Shown here one piece after another: positions 60,042 to 64,000 of a stretch of DNA of 64,000 nt. Source of the stretch: an uncultured Chthonomonadaceae bacterium (GTDB taxonomy: Bacteria; Armatimonadota; Chthonomonadetes; Chthonomonadales; Chthonomonadaceae); contig CAWIEK010000037.1 in the NCBI GenBank assembly GCA_963835065.1, positions 128,001 to 192,000 of the forward strand, read 5' to 3'. Every line of letters starts with the position of its first letter. Within the stretch, counting starts at the first letter, position 1. The position numbers were made by a program, and so were the translations under genes. The notes under the pieces are model-generated. The model did not search any database. It worked only from the letters and a program-made list of their open reading frames with translations, and was not told the origin of the DNA.

Positions 60042-60246
60042 AAACCGCGAAACATACGAAATAAACGAAAAAAGAACAAAGGAAAATAGACAGGATTAAC
60101 AACAAGAACAGATTGGCTTTCGATGTTCCTATCCGTGTTCATCCGTTTTGTCCGTGTCATCCGTGGTTTGTTCTTTTGGATTTTCCTTTTTCGTCTTGGT
60201 TCGTGTATTTCGCGGTTTCCCTCTCCTCTTCTCCTTTTCTCCCTCT
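59990..60246. repeat. Nested composite of inverted short-unit arrays between convergent MFS genes
   Basis: Outer ggagaagaggagagggaa/ttccctctcctcttctcc, middle aaaccgcgaaa..acgaa/ttcgt..tttcgcggttt, inner atccgt-based array. Confidence 0.7.
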
Positions 60247-61645
60247 ATCCCATTGACTCGCTTTCCGACTGGTTGACGCGGGGCGCGTGGAGGGTGAAGA
60301 GGGCGAGGAGGAAGGAGCCTATGAGCGCAATGCCGCACATCAGGAACGGCAGGCTGTGGGCGGGCAGGTGCAGGGGACCGAGCCTGACCATGCCGAGCGG
60401 GTACAGCCACGCGCTGAAGGAACTGCCGGTAATCGCGCCCACGCCCTGCGCGGTGGCGACTGCGCCCACAACCGCGCCGCGCTGATTGGAGCCGCTTTGC
60501 TCCGTGACAAGCGCCATCCACGCGGGAAAGGCGAGAGAAAACCCAGTTCCAATCAGGGTTCCCAGGAGGATAAGAGTCAGGTGGGAGGGAAACAGCAGCA
60601 GCAGCCAATATGCGGCCATGCACATCCCGATGCCGGTTTTGACGGCCAGTGCTTTGCCGATTTTATCGCCGATTTTGCCCATCGGGACGGAAAGCGCGCC
60701 TATAAGCAGGGCGGGCAGAACGAGCGTATTGCCGTAACTTTGCTCGGTCATGTGGAAGGGGCCATCACGCTCTAAGGCAAAAGTCTTGATGTACAGCATG
60801 ATGAAGCCGATGCCCAGGAAAGTAACAAATGTCATCAGCAGCGTCATGGGAATTCGCTTCAGCATCGCCTTCAACTCGTCAAGATGGATGGACTCGCCGC
60901 TTCCGTGTCCCTCGCCGCTTGTCGGCTGGAGTTTGGGCACGAAAATGATGGCGGCAATCGTGGTCAGCCCGAACAGAATGGCCGCGAGGTAGAACGACGC
61001 TTCTTTAGAATGGGCAGGCGACATGTGCATGGAAGTTCGCGCCCAATGGTTGACATTGCCGCCGAGAGACGGGCCGACAGCGATTCCGAAGATATACGCG
61101 ACGTTGAACAGGCTCATGGCGGTGGCGCGGCGCTCTTCGGGAACGTGGTCGCCAATCAGACTGAACACGGCAGGCCACAACGCCGCCGCGCCTACCCCGT
61201 CCAGAACGCGCAGGCAGACGAGGGCATACGGGTTATGCACAAGCGGCGTCAGCAGGGCGGTAAACGTGGACAGTATCGGGCCGGCCAAAATCAGGGGCTT
61301 GCGCCCGATGCGGTCGCCCAACGCGCCCATCGGCCCTTTCAACGCGCCTTCAGTCAGCAAAAACGACGTGCCGATGATGCCGATCCAGCGAGCGGGCAAA
61401 TGCGCGGTATCTTTGATAAACACCGGCATCGCCGACAAATTGACAAGCGCATACGCCAGTTCCGCCGACGCCGACACAAACATAATAGCAATCAGCAACG
61501 CCATGACGCTGTGTTTCCAATGCGCTGCGGCAGGTGAAGCGATAGGTTTCGAGGCGGAAGCAGAAGTTTCGTCCACAGGGGTAAGCGGCAGTGTTTCTGC
61601 GTCTATTTCCGCTTCTGTCGGCGACGAAGATGAGGGCTTATTCAC
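60245..61645 (-). CDS. MFS transporter
   Basis: GALGDRIGRK motif A, LRVLDGVG, multiple TM helices. Confidence 0.9.
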   Translation of the reverse strand: MNKPSSSSPTEAEIDAETLPLTPVDETSASASKPIASPAAAHWKHSVMALLIAIMFVSASAELAYALVNLSAMPVFIKDTAHLPARWIGIIGTSFLLTEGALKGPMGALGDRIGRKPLILAGPILSTFTALLTPLVHNPYALVCLRVLDGVGAAALWPAVFSLIGDHVPEERRATAMSLFNVAYIFGIAVGPSLGGNVNHWARTSMHMSPAHSKEASFYLAAILFGLTTIAAIIFVPKLQPTSGEGHGSGESIHLDELKAMLKRIPMTLLMTFVTFLGIGFIMLYIKTFALERDGPFHMTEQSYGNTLVLPALLIGALSVPMGKIGDKIGKALAVKTGIGMCMAAYWLLLLFPSHLTLILLGTLIGTGFSLAFPAWMALVTEQSGSNQRGAVVGAVATAQGVGAITGSSFSAWLYPLGMVRLGPLHLPAHSLPFLMCGIALIGSFLLALFTLHAPRVNQSESESMG

Positions 61646-61937
61646 AGATATTCCTTAAACCACAACGCCTGGCTCCTTGTTTAGCCCGCGCTTGAACTCG
61701 TGGTCGAATCATTAGTCTGAACTTTCACAAGGCGATAGTGCGGAACGACAGCGCCGTCAATATCCGGCATCGTCAGGATTTCATACGCGATTTAAGTAAA
61801 GATTGCAGCAAGCCTGACGGCCTAATAAACCAAGCCAATCGCTTTGAAAAGCCGCGAGAACTCCATACACGGCAAACTGCGCCGCCTACATCCACAGACG
61901 GCGCAGCAAGAGCCTGCGTTTCACCAACCACCAATTA

Positions 61938-63035
61938 CTAATCTATCGTGACTTCGCGCTTTTCGTCTGCCGACTTGTAAATGGCGTCCATGATTTTGGC
62001 GACCATCAGGCCGTGTTCGCCGCTTACGAGCGGCGGCTTGTTGTCGCGGACGCACTCGACAAACGCTTTCATTTCCGCGTAATGCGTGTTGATATTGTTG
62101 CCGCCGGGGATTTTGGGCGAATAGCTGAACACGCTGCGATGCCGCTCCTGCGTGATGCTGAACGGGTACGCTTCCGCGCCGCCTTCGGAGCCGAGCAGCG
62201 TGACGTTCTGCACTTCGTCCTTGATGTTGGCGACGAAACTGGATTCCAGCACGATGGTTGCGCCGTTGTCGAAACGGATCAAGGCGGCGGCCATGTCTTC
62301 AACGGTGAAGTTCTTGTAATCCCACTGCCCCATAAAGCCTACCACATCGTCGCGCTTGCCGAACTGCTGGTACGTGACGCCGCTGGCCGCAACCGGTTTC
62401 GGATGTCCCATGAACCACAGCGTCAGGTCGAGCATGTGAACGCCGATGTCAATCAATGGCCCGCCGCCCTGCTTGCTTTTGTCAATGAACACGCCCCAAC
62501 CGGGAATGCCGCGCACCCGCAACGCCTGCGCGCGGGCATAATAAATGTCGCCCAATTCGCCCGCGTCAATGAAGCGTTTCAGCGCCATGTTGGATGGCAG
62601 AAAGCGGCTGTTATAGCCGACCTGGAGGATTTTGCCGTTCTTTTTGGCGGTTTCCACCATTGCAGCGCCCTGCTGCGCGTTCATGGCAATCGGCTTTTCG
62701 CACAGCACATGCTTGCCCGCATTGAGCGAATCAATAGTCGGCTGGTAATGCGCGTAGTTGGGAGTGCAGACCGAAATAGCGTCAATCTCCGGCATTTCCA
62801 GCATTTGCTTATAGTCCTCAAACTTATGCTGAACCTGCGGGTATTTCGCGCTTGTCTTTTCCAGCGCGGCGGGGTCAATGTCGCACATCGCAAAAATTTC
62901 GCAGTCGTCCGGGATTTGCGAGTAGCCGGGCAGGTGCGCGCCATTGGCAATGCCGCCCGTGCCGATCACGCCAATGCGGACTTTCTTTTTGGGCGAGGCG
63001 GCAGTCGTTGTAGAAGTCGAGGTTGTGTTTGTCAA
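61938..63035 (-). CDS. Gfo/Idh/MocA family oxidoreductase
   Basis: IGTGGIA, HVLCEKP, GGGPLIDIGVH. Confidence 0.93.
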   Translation of the reverse strand: MTNTTSTSTTTAASPKKKVRIGVIGTGGIANGAHLPGYSQIPDDCEIFAMCDIDPAALEKTSAKYPQVQHKFEDYKQMLEMPEIDAISVCTPNYAHYQPTIDSLNAGKHVLCEKPIAMNAQQGAAMVETAKKNGKILQVGYNSRFLPSNMALKRFIDAGELGDIYYARAQALRVRGIPGWGVFIDKSKQGGGPLIDIGVHMLDLTLWFMGHPKPVAASGVTYQQFGKRDDVVGFMGQWDYKNFTVEDMAAALIRFDNGATIVLESSFVANIKDEVQNVTLLGSEGGAEAYPFSITQERHRSVFSYSPKIPGGNNINTHYAEMKAFVECVRDNKPPLVSGEHGLMVAKIMDAIYKSADEKREVTID

Positions 63036-63284
63036 GATGCCTGTTCCTTTCCTCTGTGTAGGAATTGTTCAATGGAGCGCTAATTCGCCGCGAACAGTGA
63101 AAATTCCTGCGAGTATTTTGAGGTTTTGCGGTTGCCGTAGTTTTTATTGTTTGCGGCATTTGGAAGAGGTGACAGGAAAACGCATGTCAACCGGCGAATA
63201 GTACCAAAACGAATGGCATTTCCTCTGCGTATTGAACATTGACGGCGCGTAGATACTTGCGGCAGGAACTGTAGAAGCCTTTGA

Positions 63285-63887
63285 ATGGCCGGGCAAGACT
63301 CTGATGAAACACCGCAAAACCAACCCCAACCGAATAATATGCTGGTTCCTGCGGATGGGATTGCAAGCATCTATCCTCAGAACTTTAACGCGCCAAGCCC
63401 GAACTACGCGGCGTACATCGCTTTAAGAAGCAAGCTGTTGGAGGTTATACGCAAAGACACGACAGCCAGAAACAGAATTGTGGACGACATTGTAGACAGT
63501 CTGGTAGAAAATGATAGGAGTTTGCCAACGGGCTTACTGGCAGGCGTTCAGTACGTACTCACTCTCGGCAAATCCGTACGCGACAAGCGCAAAAAAACGG
63601 AAGGCTTCCGAAAAGCGGTTGTTGCTTTGCTGGAACAGGTATTTGATCCGGTTTTAGAGTTCAAGATGACGAAAAAGGATATACTGGACGCTCTGGAAGC
63701 CAATGGCGTTGAGCGCGACAAAGTATCACCTCAGCAGATCAGTCAAGTTTATGTAAAAGTTCTTAGCAAGCTACGTTCGGGCGAACTGCGCGATCTGATT
63801 ACGGAAGAACAACTGTTGCGGTACGTCAACCTCAAGATCGAGGAAATAACCTACAGCCGAATGCAATGGGAACTTAACGAGCGATGA
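63285..63887 (+). CDS. Hypothetical helical protein (lower GC)
   Basis: 200-aa ORF with an ATGA overlap into the next gene. Confidence 0.65.
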   Translation: MAGQDSDETPQNQPQPNNMLVPADGIASIYPQNFNAPSPNYAAYIALRSKLLEVIRKDTTARNRIVDDIVDSLVENDRSLPTGLLAGVQYVLTLGKSVRDKRKKTEGFRKAVVALLEQVFDPVLEFKMTKKDILDALEANGVERDKVSPQQISQVYVKVLSKLRSGELRDLITEEQLLRYVNLKIEEITYSRMQWELNER

Positions 63888-64000
63888 GTGAAACCAAACC
63901 AAGAGTCATAGCGTTTCTGAGCGGCAAAGGCGGTTCCGGCAAGACAACCGCCGCCATTGCTATCGCCAAACTGCTCGCGGATATGGGATTTAAAACCCTG
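63884..64000 (+). CDS. ParA/MinD family ATPase, 3' partial
   Basis: MSETKPRVIAFLSGKGGSGKTT (deviant Walker A). Confidence 0.8.
   Translation, partial: MSETKPRVIAFLSGKGGSGKTTAAIAIAKLLADMGFKTL

Overview
Bacterial chromosomal window with moderately high GC. The small-protein families and repeat style suggest Armatimonadota, which is an inference only. Housekeeping and metabolic genes include a partial alpha-2-macroglobulin, VanW, a sugar ABC operon, aroF, a cysteine-desulfurase-like PLP enzyme, a secreted glycoside hydrolase, PBP2, a sulfite oxidase, recN, split lipoate ligase, rhaB, mutS, class III FBPase, a ferredoxin/Crp pair, MFS transporters and a Gfo/Idh/MocA enzyme. About a dozen single-base frameshifts in conserved genes probably reflect long-read indel errors. 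Main candidates for new biology: (1) a non-coding-looking element present twice (9212-9514 and 53186-53428), made of an ECF-type promoter, a Shine-Dalgarno-led 8-codon micro-ORF ending CCC-TGA, a 72-nt core that is 71/72 identical, and a T-tract; one copy is an orphan and the other leads a vWA-PP2C-kinase/WD40 (TerY-P-like) operon beside an NLR-like gene; (2) a Rho paralog that has lost its ATPase catalytic residues; (3) a pervasive set of inverted 7/8-mer tandem arrays with fixed polarity that also invade coding sequences; (4) a 2830-bp tandem duplication of rhaB plus a T4 Rnl1-like RNA ligase, next to a low-GC island (DGQHR protein, Zn-finger protein, HExxH protein with a small partner); (5) a MazF-type pair followed by a HEPN gene with two unusual paralogous partners. 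No rRNA, tRNA, CRISPR array or intact transposase was recognised.
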